Shown one piece after another: positions 18,418-27,229 of a stretch of 64,000 bases of DNA. The stretch covers positions 128,001 through 192,000 of the forward strand of contig JBBRSB010000002.1 of the NCBI GenBank assembly GCA_038245785.1, given 5' to 3'. This DNA comes from Gloeobacterales cyanobacterium (GTDB taxonomy: Bacteria; Cyanobacteriota; Cyanobacteriia; Gloeobacterales; PMM-0068). The notes below the pieces were generated by a model. It worked only from the letters and a program-made list of their open reading frames with translations, searched no databases and was not told where the DNA came from. The position numbers were made by a program, and so were the translations under genes. Position 1 is the first letter of the stretch. Each line of letters starts with the position of its first letter.

Positions 18418-18768
18418 ATGCTTAACTTTTTTCTTACCTGGCTTGTTTCAGCAGCAGTTTTAGTTCTGGTTTCTTATGTCGTTCCTGGCTTTACGGTGAG
18501 TAGTTTCACTGCTGCCCTGATTGCCGCTCTGGCCATAGGCATTATCAATGCCATCGTCGTTCCTCTACTCAACCTGCTGGCGTTACCTCTGAATATTCTG
18601 ACCCTAGGCTTGTTTTCTTTCGTAGTCAGCGCCGTGGGATTGTTACTAGCCTCAGCCTTTGTATCTGGTTTCACAATCGCTGGATTTTGGCCAGCACTCC
18701 TGGGAGCGGTGATGATTGCCGTCATCAATGGGATAGTAGGTCTGCTGGGTGGCAGAAGTTTTGCTTAG
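18418..18768 (+). CDS. YvlD/DUF360 (phage holin superfamily IV-like) membrane protein
   Basis: GAGGAGG SD before ATG 18418. Four TM helices and the LLALPLNILTLGLFSFVV motif. Confidence 0.85.
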   Translation: MLNFFLTWLVSAAVLVLVSYVVPGFTVSSFTAALIAALAIGIINAIVVPLLNLLALPLNILTLGLFSFVVSAVGLLLASAFVSGFTIAGFWPALLGAVMIAVINGIVGLLGGRSFA

Positions 18769-18781
18769 ATGAGAGCGTAAA

Positions 18782-19660
18782 CTACTGAATTCCCCGAAGG
18801 ACTGTCACAGGTTGGAGTTTCCGGTTATCACAATAGGCTATGCCCAGGAAGATATCTTCATCTTCCCAGACTTGGACATGCCCTGAGTCTCCGGGCCAAA
18901 AGACTTTTTGACCGCAGCACCAGAGTTCAGCCTGGTCGTTGGTGAGATGGGCAATGGGCAGATGGCTCAAAGCGACCTTTGGCGATAAGAGGGGAATCGG
19001 TTGGTCTTGCTCCAGCAAGTGTTGAATTTGTTCTAGGTCAATTGCATGGTCTAGATGGAAACCGCCACTTTCGATTCTGACTAAGTAGGCCAAAGTGCCA
19101 TAACCGCCCAGTTGTTCTCCCAAATCACGGGCGATAGAACGCACATAGGTGCCCGAAGAGCACTCGATTTCTATATGCACCTTGGGAAAGTCTCCTGGCT
19201 GCCACTGGAGAATGTCTAAGCGTTGAATGGCAACCGTACGGGCTTCCGGTTCCACCTCAATGCCTGCTCTCGCCAACTCATAGAGCTTTTTGCCATCTTT
19301 ACGCACCGCACTGTAGCGCGGGGGAATCTGCTCAATCGTGCCCAAGAAATTTGCCAAGATGCCCTCTACGGCATCTTCCGTTACCTCAGGCATCGCTTTT
19401 CGGTGAAGTTCTTGTCCTTCCAGGTCATCCGTATCGGTTGCGATACCAAGGGCTATAGTCGCTTGATAAACCTTGTTCCCTTCCATAAATCGTAGCAGGC
19501 GGGTCATTGGCCCAATCGCCATCGGCAAGACGCCCACAGCCGCTGGATCTAGGGTGCCACCATGCCCCACTCTGCGTTCTTTGAGCAATCTGCGCACTTT
19601 ATTGACGCAGTCATGGGAGGTCATCCCTGCAGACTTATTGAGGTTGAGAAACCCTTCCAC
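18782..19660 (-). CDS. truB: tRNA pseudouridine(55) synthase
   Basis: NKSAGMTSHD, VGHGGTLDP, QIPPRYSAV and CSSGTYVRS motifs. Confidence 0.95.
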   Translation of the reverse strand: MEGFLNLNKSAGMTSHDCVNKVRRLLKERRVGHGGTLDPAAVGVLPMAIGPMTRLLRFMEGNKVYQATIALGIATDTDDLEGQELHRKAMPEVTEDAVEGILANFLGTIEQIPPRYSAVRKDGKKLYELARAGIEVEPEARTVAIQRLDILQWQPGDFPKVHIEIECSSGTYVRSIARDLGEQLGGYGTLAYLVRIESGGFHLDHAIDLEQIQHLLEQDQPIPLLSPKVALSHLPIAHLTNDQAELWCCGQKVFWPGDSGHVQVWEDEDIFLGIAYCDNRKLQPVTVLRGIQ

Positions 19661-19693
19661 AAAAGTACTCTGATTAAATTACAGGGTGAAATT

Positions 19694-19780
19694 TGGTGCG
19701 GAACGGGGGACTTGAACCCCCAAGGGATTGCTCCCACATGAACCTGAATCATGCGCGTCTACCAATTCCGCCAGATCCGC
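19694..19780 (-). tRNA. trnL: tRNA-Leu (anticodon CAG), CCA encoded
   Basis: Reverse complement: GCGGATCTGGCGGAATTGGTAGACGCGCATGATT-CAG-GTTCATGT...GGGGGTTCAAGTCCCCCGTTCCGCACCA, with a long variable arm. Confidence 0.95.
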
Positions 19781-19903
19781 ACGTGCTTTGGACAGCACCT
19801 CATTGTGTTGAAGTTCAGGACGTTTGTCAATTGAAATCTTTTCGACAGGCAGATTCGAGATAAATCTTGGGTGTTTACTCCTCCATTATGTTGTTTTGGG
19901 CAA

Positions 19904-21349
19904 TTAAAGAACACCTATGTTGCGACGTAGCTGTGCTAAAGATCTGTTGTAAGAAATCACAGCTTGCAGCAGGTTGTTTTTAGCTTGTGTCAGAGCATCC
20001 TCTGTACTGATGACCTCTGTTTGTGTCCCGACCCCTGCCCGGAAACGGAGACGTGCAAGACGCAAGGCTTCCTCCGCCTGCACTTGAGCCTGTCTACTGC
20101 TATTAATCTGTGCCTTACTAGACTCCAGGGTAAAGAATTGTTGTTCCACATCAAAACGCACCTGATTGCTGGTGTTGATAAAATTTACCCGTGCAATCTT
20201 AGCAGCGGCTACCGCTTGTTGCGCTAGCCCCTGAGCAGCCCCTCCATCAAAGAAGTTCCATTGGAGCTGGGCTCCCAAGCTGTAGCCAATCTGTCCTGGG
20301 ACATTGGAGCTGTTGCCAAGCGGCTTGGCAAAGTCCACTGCTCCGGTCAAACTTAGCTGCGGTCCTAACTGGGCGTAGGCAATCCTTTCCTGAGCTTTTG
20401 CCTGCTGTTCCCTAGCAACAAACTGTGGCAGTTCTACCCGCTTAGCATAGGCTTGAAAAATAGAATCTTCCAGACTCAAATCCCAGTTTCCACTTTCCTC
20501 AATCGGGTCTTTCGCACTCACATTGGTGGGTTCCACAAAGTTGAGTGCACGCGCTAGGTTTCGTTGAGCAACCACCCGACTATTCTGGGCTTGTAGCAGC
20601 TTCTGTTGGGTATTGGCTACCTGTACTTGTTGCCGAAGCACGTCAAACTTGGTCCCTACCCCAGCTCGTTCTTGAGCTTCAGCATCTCTCAAACTGGCCT
20701 CCGCATTGCGGACCGCCGACTCAGCAATGCTTACATTACCATCTTGACTTTGCAGATCGAAATAAGCGTTGGCAACCCCAACTTTAAGATCTTGAAGTGC
20801 CTTCTCTACGTCCAAGGTGCTGAATTTCAGACCTTGTTGTGCATTATCAACGCGCGCATCTACCAAACCAGAGGTATACAGGTTCCAGTTGGCTTGGACA
20901 ATGTTGCCCGTCAAGCTACTGCTGGCACCATTACCACTGCTATTGAGTCCGTTATTAAAACTATTAAATGAGCTGCCTAGTTTGGACTGAGCCGCCTCCG
21001 AGTAGCTATAGTTAGCGCTACTGCCAAGGGTAGGAATCCGTCCTGCTTCGGCCTCTTTAACTACCCCCTGTGACTGTTCAACGCCTAGTTTGGACACCAA
21101 TAAGTTTGGACTACGTTGAACAGCAAGTTCGATAGCCTCGTTCAGGGACAGCGGCTGATTTTTTTGAACTTTTAGTTCGAGCGGTTGTCGGGGAGCCTTC
21201 GGATATTCCGGAAGTAAAGGCTGCGTGGTCGTGGCGGGCTGAGGAATTGACCGGGGCGGAGATGTTTGGGCTAGAACGGGACAGACTAAGCTGACCAGAC
21301 CAATACTACTAATGCTCAGAATTAGGTGAATACGGTTCATATATGACAC
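19904..21349 (-). CDS. TolC-family outer membrane efflux channel
   Basis: Signal peptide, LSLNEAIELA, and two AGVGTKFDV / AGVGTQTEV repeats. Confidence 0.9.
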   Translation of the reverse strand: MSYMNRIHLILSISSIGLVSLVCPVLAQTSPPRSIPQPATTTQPLLPEYPKAPRQPLELKVQKNQPLSLNEAIELAVQRSPNLLVSKLGVEQSQGVVKEAEAGRIPTLGSSANYSYSEAAQSKLGSSFNSFNNGLNSSGNGASSSLTGNIVQANWNLYTSGLVDARVDNAQQGLKFSTLDVEKALQDLKVGVANAYFDLQSQDGNVSIAESAVRNAEASLRDAEAQERAGVGTKFDVLRQQVQVANTQQKLLQAQNSRVVAQRNLARALNFVEPTNVSAKDPIEESGNWDLSLEDSIFQAYAKRVELPQFVAREQQAKAQERIAYAQLGPQLSLTGAVDFAKPLGNSSNVPGQIGYSLGAQLQWNFFDGGAAQGLAQQAVAAAKIARVNFINTSNQVRFDVEQQFFTLESSKAQINSSRQAQVQAEEALRLARLRFRAGVGTQTEVISTEDALTQAKNNLLQAVISYNRSLAQLRRNIGVL

Positions 21350-21465
21350 TTCTCACTCCTCAAACAGGCACATATCGCCCATGATGACAGATTACAGGGC
21401 AGCTTCAAAATAAGTAGCCTTACACGCAGCTACTCTATCTACGCTATTCCTGCTGAGGATGTTCC

Positions 21466-23070
21466 CTACTTCACCCCGTTAACTAGCTTTGGCTTGGGTA
21501 AAGGTAGACAGCTGGTTTCTAGTAAAGTGCTGGCCGCCACCTTAGATGCATCCATGGCTGTCCCCGTATACTCTGTTTCGCGTAGTTCTTTGAATTCAGG
21601 CTCTTTGCAATTCAAGACCTCAGCTTTTTGGATTACATCTCCGACCTGAAGTTTTCGGACATTTTTGATGCCCTGGGTGATGTAAGCAAAATTGGCGTAT
21701 TTGCCGTCGAACAGATTATTGCCGGTAGGCGTTAGTTCTGGGTCAGAGAAAGAGATGAAGAACTGGCTAGAGCCGGAATTGGGGTCTTTCTCCAATCTGG
21801 CCATGGAGAATGTTCCAGGAGGCCCATAGGGAATCGCCGGGAATCTGTCCGTCGTCTGCCCATAGACTGTCTGATTTTGGCTGCCTTTGATGTACTTATC
21901 ATGCAGCTTGGCCATCTCCTCCCGCAATTTGAGAGGGTCTATGCCGAAGCGGTCTTCAGCGTAGTCAACGCGGCGTTGGACAATTCGAGAAAAATTGTAG
22001 TCCAGCTCTTTTCTGGCAGGGCGCACTTCTAGGGGAAGGTTGCGAATTTTCCCTGTTGCAGGGTCTTTAAAGCCCCCATTCATATCTGCGCCAGGAGCCC
22101 CTGTCTGCACCAAGAAAAATCGTTCAGCCCGTGAAATCTTAAGCCCATTGTAGAAACCACGATTGACTAAGTCTAGAAAGTTCCCTGCCGTGACAGGAGC
22201 ATTGAAACCATCCACTATTGCTTCAAAGTTACCTTGATTCGTGGTGAACTTGACCATCACCCAACCACCTTCCAGGTAAGGTCGATTGCGATATTGTGCT
22301 GGCACGTCCGTCTTGTAACTATCCAACATCGATAACTGGAACAGATCAAAATACCAGAGCGTTCTGCGGTACTGGAGCGTAGAACCTGTGACATCCTGGG
22401 CATAGATTTTGTCTTGGAGGATGCGGATATTCTTGCGCAGGTCCGCCATCTGCTGAACTGCTTTTGGTTTGATCTGAGGCGGAACTTTTGCCATCATCTG
22501 CGGCTCATTGCGGGCAAGAATTTCTAGCACCTTAGCTACATGTTCTTTACCTTCGATCCAGTTGCGCTCTCTGATATGTTCTAGCGTATGTTCTAGTGTT
22601 TTTTCTACTTCCCAGGAGTCGACTCCGGTGTCAGGAAGAGAACGACGCAGAGCAACCTCTGCCTGACGAATAGGCTCTCCCCCAGGCAATCCTTTGACAA
22701 GCGTACTATCGTCTACTTTGCTAATGTCCTGGGAGTTATTGGACCAGACCACGGTTCCGGTGATCACAGCAGCAGTGACTACCAGGGTACCAAGCGTCCA
22801 CCAAAGAGGTTTCAGATTAACTTGCTTGCGGACTGATTTAGTTAGCTTCGCTTGAGGCTTAGGAATTGGAGGAGTTGACACCTCATTATTATTTTGAAGC
22901 AGATCCTGGAAGCTTTCCAGAAAGCTCTCTTTCTCAATCCCTTCAGGAGCAAGTTCTTGATTATAGAAATCCTCTAAGATACTGTGCCGCTCTTGAGGAG
23001 AGAGGCTCAAAAATTCAGAGGTCTTGGTAAGTTCATCCAAATCACTAAGTTTTTGTTCTACGGGAGCCAT
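21466..23070 (-). CDS. CYP38/TLP40-like cyclophilin: N-terminal extension, TM anchor, helical bundle and PPIase domain
   Basis: VDGFNAPVTAGNFLDLVNRGFYNG, PLEV, MAR..DPNSGSSQFF and DGKYANFAY motifs. Start overlaps the mntB stop (TAATG). Confidence 0.85.
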   Translation of the reverse strand: MAPVEQKLSDLDELTKTSEFLSLSPQERHSILEDFYNQELAPEGIEKESFLESFQDLLQNNNEVSTPPIPKPQAKLTKSVRKQVNLKPLWWTLGTLVVTAAVITGTVVWSNNSQDISKVDDSTLVKGLPGGEPIRQAEVALRRSLPDTGVDSWEVEKTLEHTLEHIRERNWIEGKEHVAKVLEILARNEPQMMAKVPPQIKPKAVQQMADLRKNIRILQDKIYAQDVTGSTLQYRRTLWYFDLFQLSMLDSYKTDVPAQYRNRPYLEGGWVMVKFTTNQGNFEAIVDGFNAPVTAGNFLDLVNRGFYNGLKISRAERFFLVQTGAPGADMNGGFKDPATGKIRNLPLEVRPARKELDYNFSRIVQRRVDYAEDRFGIDPLKLREEMAKLHDKYIKGSQNQTVYGQTTDRFPAIPYGPPGTFSMARLEKDPNSGSSQFFISFSDPELTPTGNNLFDGKYANFAYITQGIKNVRKLQVGDVIQKAEVLNCKEPEFKELRETEYTGTAMDASKVAASTLLETSCLPLPKPKLVNGVK

Positions 23071-24185
23071 TAGGAGTTACCAGAATGTTCTTGGGAAGAT
23101 GTTCTTATTACAAGTTTGCCGTTGCTGTCACGCACGATTTGCTTTCTGGGCTGACTAGAAGAAGAGACATTGGAGGAACTAGAAGAACGTACAGGAATCG
23201 TAGCGACGGTTTCCTGTCTCATCGACTGATGCTCTGTTGTCGTTTTATCATTTACTGATAAAACGGGTGGAACAGTCTCTGAAGTAGGTTCACTTTGCAG
23301 GACGACCATTTGCTCAATCTTCTTGCCCCATTGTCCAAAAGAGGTTCCTTTTAGGAAGGGACCAGAAAGTACAACTAAGAGCAAAAAGAAGCTGCTGACT
23401 AAAGTGATTGTGGGTCCGGAAGAAGTATTTTGATAATAGCTGATGTATAGACCAATTACGCTTGAGGCAACTCCTAGTGCGGTAGAAACTTGGAGCATGG
23501 AGGAAAAGCGATCGGTCAAGAGATAGGCCGTAGCCGCAGGGATAATCAGCATCGCTATCGTCAGCGCTACCCCAACCGACTGCATGGTGGCTACAACCGT
23601 CAAGGCGGTGAGTGCCATCATTGTATAGTGTAGTTTTTGCGCAGGTAAGCCCACAGCCTCAGCCCATTGGGGGTCAAAGCTGAGGAGCAAAAACTCTTTA
23701 TAAAGCGCATAAACGGTGACTAAAACGATGAGCCCAATGACCGCACTGGTGACCAAATCTAAATCTGTAATACCCAAGATATTGCCAAAGAGGAAATCGC
23801 TTAGATTCACCTTGCGTTCGTTCTGAATCTTAGTAATCAGGATAATTCCCAAGCCAAAGAAGGCGGAGAGAATAACGCCCATCGCAGCATCTTCTTTAAT
23901 TCGGGTTTTAGTCTGTAACCAACCTAATGAAACGGTGGAGAGAATCCCTGAGATAAAACCACCAACAAAAATATTGACATAAAGCAAAAAGGCGATGGCA
24001 ATTCCAGGGACTACAGAGTTAGAAACAACTAGTCCCAGTAAAGATAGTCTGCGGACTACTAAGTAAGAACCCATCACTGCGCACAGGGTGCCAATCAGTA
24101 CAGCCGAGATGAGCGCTCGTGCCATAAAGGGTTGGGTCAAAGGCTCCCAAATAATATTCACAAAGTCTAAAAACGATTGCCACAT
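23070..24185 (-). CDS. mntB: Mn/Zn ABC transporter permease with a long hydrophilic C-terminal tail
   Basis: FMARALISAV, KEDAAMG, LFGNILG, SFDP..A..G and IIPAATAYL motifs. Confidence 0.88.
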   Translation of the reverse strand: MWQSFLDFVNIIWEPLTQPFMARALISAVLIGTLCAVMGSYLVVRRLSLLGLVVSNSVVPGIAIAFLLYVNIFVGGFISGILSTVSLGWLQTKTRIKEDAAMGVILSAFFGLGIILITKIQNERKVNLSDFLFGNILGITDLDLVTSAVIGLIVLVTVYALYKEFLLLSFDPQWAEAVGLPAQKLHYTMMALTALTVVATMQSVGVALTIAMLIIPAATAYLLTDRFSSMLQVSTALGVASSVIGLYISYYQNTSSGPTITLVSSFFLLLVVLSGPFLKGTSFGQWGKKIEQMVVLQSEPTSETVPPVLSVNDKTTTEHQSMRQETVATIPVRSSSSSNVSSSSQPRKQIVRDSNGKLVIRTSSQEHSGNS

Positions 24186-24219
24186 AACCGAGGACGCTCC
24201 TTCTCCTGTTCAGACCAGC

Positions 24220-24933
24220 TCAGGCCAAAGCGACTTGGCCCATATAGGCTTTATTTAAATTTTCCTGAGTGAAGACTTGTTCTCTGGGGCCATAGGCTGT
24301 GATTTTGCCCCGGAGCATCAATATATCGTCGTAGTGTTGGATGACTTCTCCAAGATCGTGGTTGACCACCATCAGAGACTTTCCCTGGCTACGTAACTGG
24401 TCAAATATTTTGAGAATTTCCCGCTCGGTGTATTGATCCACCCCAACGAAAGGCTCATCAAACAAGTAAAGTTCTGCTTCTTGAACAAGAGAACGAGCAA
24501 TAAATACCCGCTGTTGCTGTCCCCCGGATAGCTCTCCAATGCGACGGTCCGCAGACTCTTGCATTGAGACGCGCTCTAAGGCTTTTTGAACCAAATCATA
24601 GTGGACCTGTTGCGGCCTGCTGAGCCAACCCATATAGGGGATACAGCCCATAAGGACTACTTCTTTGACCGTAGCGGGAAAGTCCCAGTCAATGCCAGCC
24701 CGCTGCGGGACATAAGCAACGCGCTCCCTGATTTCTTTGATGGGGGTTCCCCCAAGTTCAACGCGACCGCTAGTCAGAGGAACCAAGCCCATCATTGCTT
24801 TGATCAGGGTAGATTTTCCTGCTCCATTCGGGCCAATCACCCCCACCAATCGACCGGGGGCCACTGAAAAAGTAACTTTCTCTAAAGCAGCACGGCTGCC
24901 ATAGTAGACCGCTAGATCGTTTACCTGGAGCAT
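24220..24933 (-). CDS. mntA: Mn/Zn ABC transporter ATP-binding protein
   Basis: GPNGAGKST, AYVPQR..DWDFP, LSGGQQQRVF and FDEPF motifs. Start ATG 24933. Confidence 0.9.
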   Translation of the reverse strand: MLQVNDLAVYYGSRAALEKVTFSVAPGRLVGVIGPNGAGKSTLIKAMMGLVPLTSGRVELGGTPIKEIRERVAYVPQRAGIDWDFPATVKEVVLMGCIPYMGWLSRPQQVHYDLVQKALERVSMQESADRRIGELSGGQQQRVFIARSLVQEAELYLFDEPFVGVDQYTEREILKIFDQLRSQGKSLMVVNHDLGEVIQHYDDILMLRGKITAYGPREQVFTQENLNKAYMGQVALA

Positions 24934-25012
24934 GACAACCTCATCAGCGTAACGGATGGACTTCACGAAAAAGTTTAAGAGCGTACACATAGATTAACAA
25001 AGAACGACAAAA

Positions 25013-25031
25013 CATGAAACAAATATGAAAA
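25013..25031 (+). promoter_or_regulatory. ManR-like binding box (two ATGAAA direct repeats, 11-bp period)
   Basis: CATGAAAC-AAA-TATGAAAA, resembling the Anabaena ManR site TATGAAAA-GAA-TATGAGAA as I recall it. It lies 80 bp upstream of mntA. Confidence 0.6.
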
Positions 25032-25263
25032 TTTATGCAGGTGTTGCGGGAGAGAGGCTAGTTCAAGACGGCTAGTGTCCTGGGGTTGCGTAGAAGTCTT
25101 ATTACTTTTCCATCAGCAAGTTGGATACCGAGGACCTGCCTAATACGATTAGAGAGATAATTGTGTTAGAACGCACAGCGAGAGCATCATGGAAGATGAC
25201 TTGCTAAACCCCTAACCTCGCTCGTCTTTTAAAGAATAAAGCAAGAATAAAGAAGGAATCAAA

Positions 25264-26646
25264 ATGAGTACAACTAAACCAAAGTCCGGGCAGTTCAAGA
25301 TTTGGGGCTTGGGTGCAGCCGCCGCAATAGCCTTAGGAGGAGGACTTTTCTTCTACAACAGCAATCAAGACCTCAGCAAAGTCGATGACGCGACTCTATT
25401 AAAGGGAATTCAAGCAAAGGGCGATCCACTGCGCGAAGCAGAAGAGGCCATGCGTCACTCATTGCCCAATACAGGACTGGCTACCTGGGAAATTTCTGAA
25501 GTCCTCGAACCGATTGAAAAGCAGATTAAACAGGGCAACTGGGACCAAGCTCAGCTACAAACGGCCAAAGCCCTTGAAATTCTCAATGCGAACGAACCAA
25601 AATGGCAAAGTCAATTCCCTGCAGCGGCTAAAGCAAGAGGTTCTCAGGCAATTGCCGATACCCGTAAGAGTTTGACCGCGCTCCAAGACTACCTCAAGAC
25701 GAAAAAGTTTGTTGATGCGCGGCTTCAGGTAACCAGATCAGAGTGGTCTCTTGACATGGTGCGCTTAGCCTTAATAGATGACTTCAAAGTAGACATCCCA
25801 GCGCAGTATAAGAATCTACCTCATCTCAATGGCGGGTGGGTGATGGTGAAAGTGCATATGGTCCCAGAGCGTAATTCCTTCATTGCCTTGATGGATGGCT
25901 ACAACGCTCCAATTACTGCTGGAAATTTTGTAGATCTCGTCAATCGCGGCTTTTATGATGGCATGAAAATTGACGAGACGGAGCGGTTTGTTGAAGTCCG
26001 ATTCGGCGATCCAAAAGGCGACGGTACCAGCGCATTTACCGATCCAGCTACAGGTAAACCTCGCTATATTCCTTTTGAGATCCGCCCCGCCAAGAGCGAA
26101 GGGAATGTTAACCTCTCTCCAGTTATTGAGCAGCGGGTGCGGTACGTTCAGCAGCGTTATCTCAATGATCCAGCTAAGTTTGAGGAAGAGATGACTAAGC
26201 TTTATAACAAATACGTTAATCAGGATATGAAGCCTTTGGTATATGGAAAAACGATTGAGGGCCTATCGGCTCTACCCTTTGGACCGGCTGGTTTATTTGG
26301 TACCGTCACTAAGAAGGGAGAACCCAATTCAGGTTCTAGTCAATTATTTATTTCCTTCTCAGACGCAGACATCGTGCCTACTGGAAGCAACCTATTTGAT
26401 GGCAATTATGCAACCTTTGGCTACGTGACGCAGAATATCAATGGCTTACGTGCGCTGAAAAAAGATGATGTGATCAAGAAAATTGAAGTCCTTAACTGCA
26501 CAGGCTATGAATTCCAAAATGGCCGGGATAATCAATACACGGGTACCGTTTTGATGAATGATGAAAAAGTGGGTGACGCCTCCACAGGGGTAGATGCAGC
26601 CTGTCTGCCTCTGCCCAAACCAAAGCTGATCAACGGGAAAGCTTAG
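25264..26646 (+). CDS. Second CYP38/TLP40-like cyclophilin paralog
   Basis: N-terminal TM, NQDLSKVDDATLLKG shared with 21466..23070, MDGYNAPITAGNFVDLVNRGFYDG, NSGSSQLF and DGNYATFGY. Confidence 0.85.
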   Translation: MSTTKPKSGQFKIWGLGAAAAIALGGGLFFYNSNQDLSKVDDATLLKGIQAKGDPLREAEEAMRHSLPNTGLATWEISEVLEPIEKQIKQGNWDQAQLQTAKALEILNANEPKWQSQFPAAAKARGSQAIADTRKSLTALQDYLKTKKFVDARLQVTRSEWSLDMVRLALIDDFKVDIPAQYKNLPHLNGGWVMVKVHMVPERNSFIALMDGYNAPITAGNFVDLVNRGFYDGMKIDETERFVEVRFGDPKGDGTSAFTDPATGKPRYIPFEIRPAKSEGNVNLSPVIEQRVRYVQQRYLNDPAKFEEEMTKLYNKYVNQDMKPLVYGKTIEGLSALPFGPAGLFGTVTKKGEPNSGSSQLFISFSDADIVPTGSNLFDGNYATFGYVTQNINGLRALKKDDVIKKIEVLNCTGYEFQNGRDNQYTGTVLMNDEKVGDASTGVDAACLPLPKPKLINGKA

Positions 26647-26689
26647 CGATTTCCTTGTGCGGATAAGGTCGATTCATATTGCATACAAA

Positions 26690-26733
26690 ATTAAGTCCCA
26701 GACACAACCTTTAAGTTGTGTCTGGGACTTAAT
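26690..26733. terminator. Bidirectional terminator-like hairpin
   Basis: Perfect 19-bp inverted repeat ATTAAGTCCCAGACACAAC / GTTGTGTCTGGGACTTAAT with a 6-nt loop. Confidence 0.75.
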
Positions 26734-26803
26734 CATTATTGGTTTTTCAAAGTGATGCCGATCAAAAAGACTTTGTAGCAAGAATCAATCTTACAGAAGC
26801 TGC

Positions 26804-27052
26804 TTAAGGACTCACTTGAATAAATTTGATAGTGCTTAGAGATAGAGCTTTCAGCACATTGGCAGAAGCAAACCGCAAACCTCTAGGGAGCAAGATCATG
26901 AAAATCGTGAAAGGTAGGAAGAACAGCATTAATACAGCTGCCATTAGATAGAACTTGGCGTAGTTTATCCAAGAGATCGACACGGAATCTCGTGATTGCA
27001 TCAGTGGACGGTCAAGCCAAGCAGGGGAGGAAATCATTGAGGTAAACCACAT
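26804..27052 (-). CDS. Small hypothetical membrane protein
   Basis: One hydrophobic stretch. Converges on the hairpin. Start uncertain. Confidence 0.4.
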   Translation of the reverse strand: MWFTSMISSPAWLDRPLMQSRDSVSISWINYAKFYLMAAVLMLFFLPFTIFMILLPRGLRFASANVLKALSLSTIKFIQVSP

Positions 27053-27229
27053 TCTGTTTCCAGCTTACCCATCCCAAGCTACGTAAATAACCGGAGAACT
27101 TAGAGTTTAGATGAAGGTTCCATGAAGCGTTATATCGGTAAGCTCAGGCATACTAGCCTGTGTTTATGCAAATCAAGAGAGAGGTCCTATACCTATAATA
27201 AGGTCTGTCTTTTTCATTGGGTCGCTCCC

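Noticed and set aside
18418..18768. Holin-like gene as evidence of a prophage
   Set aside because: YvlD-type genes are common chromosomal genes, and no phage genes are nearby.
19694..19780. tRNA-Leu as an island integration site; U-U pair in the acceptor stem
   Set aside because: No integrase or duplicated tRNA 3' end was seen. A single stem mismatch is not evidence of a pseudo-tRNA.
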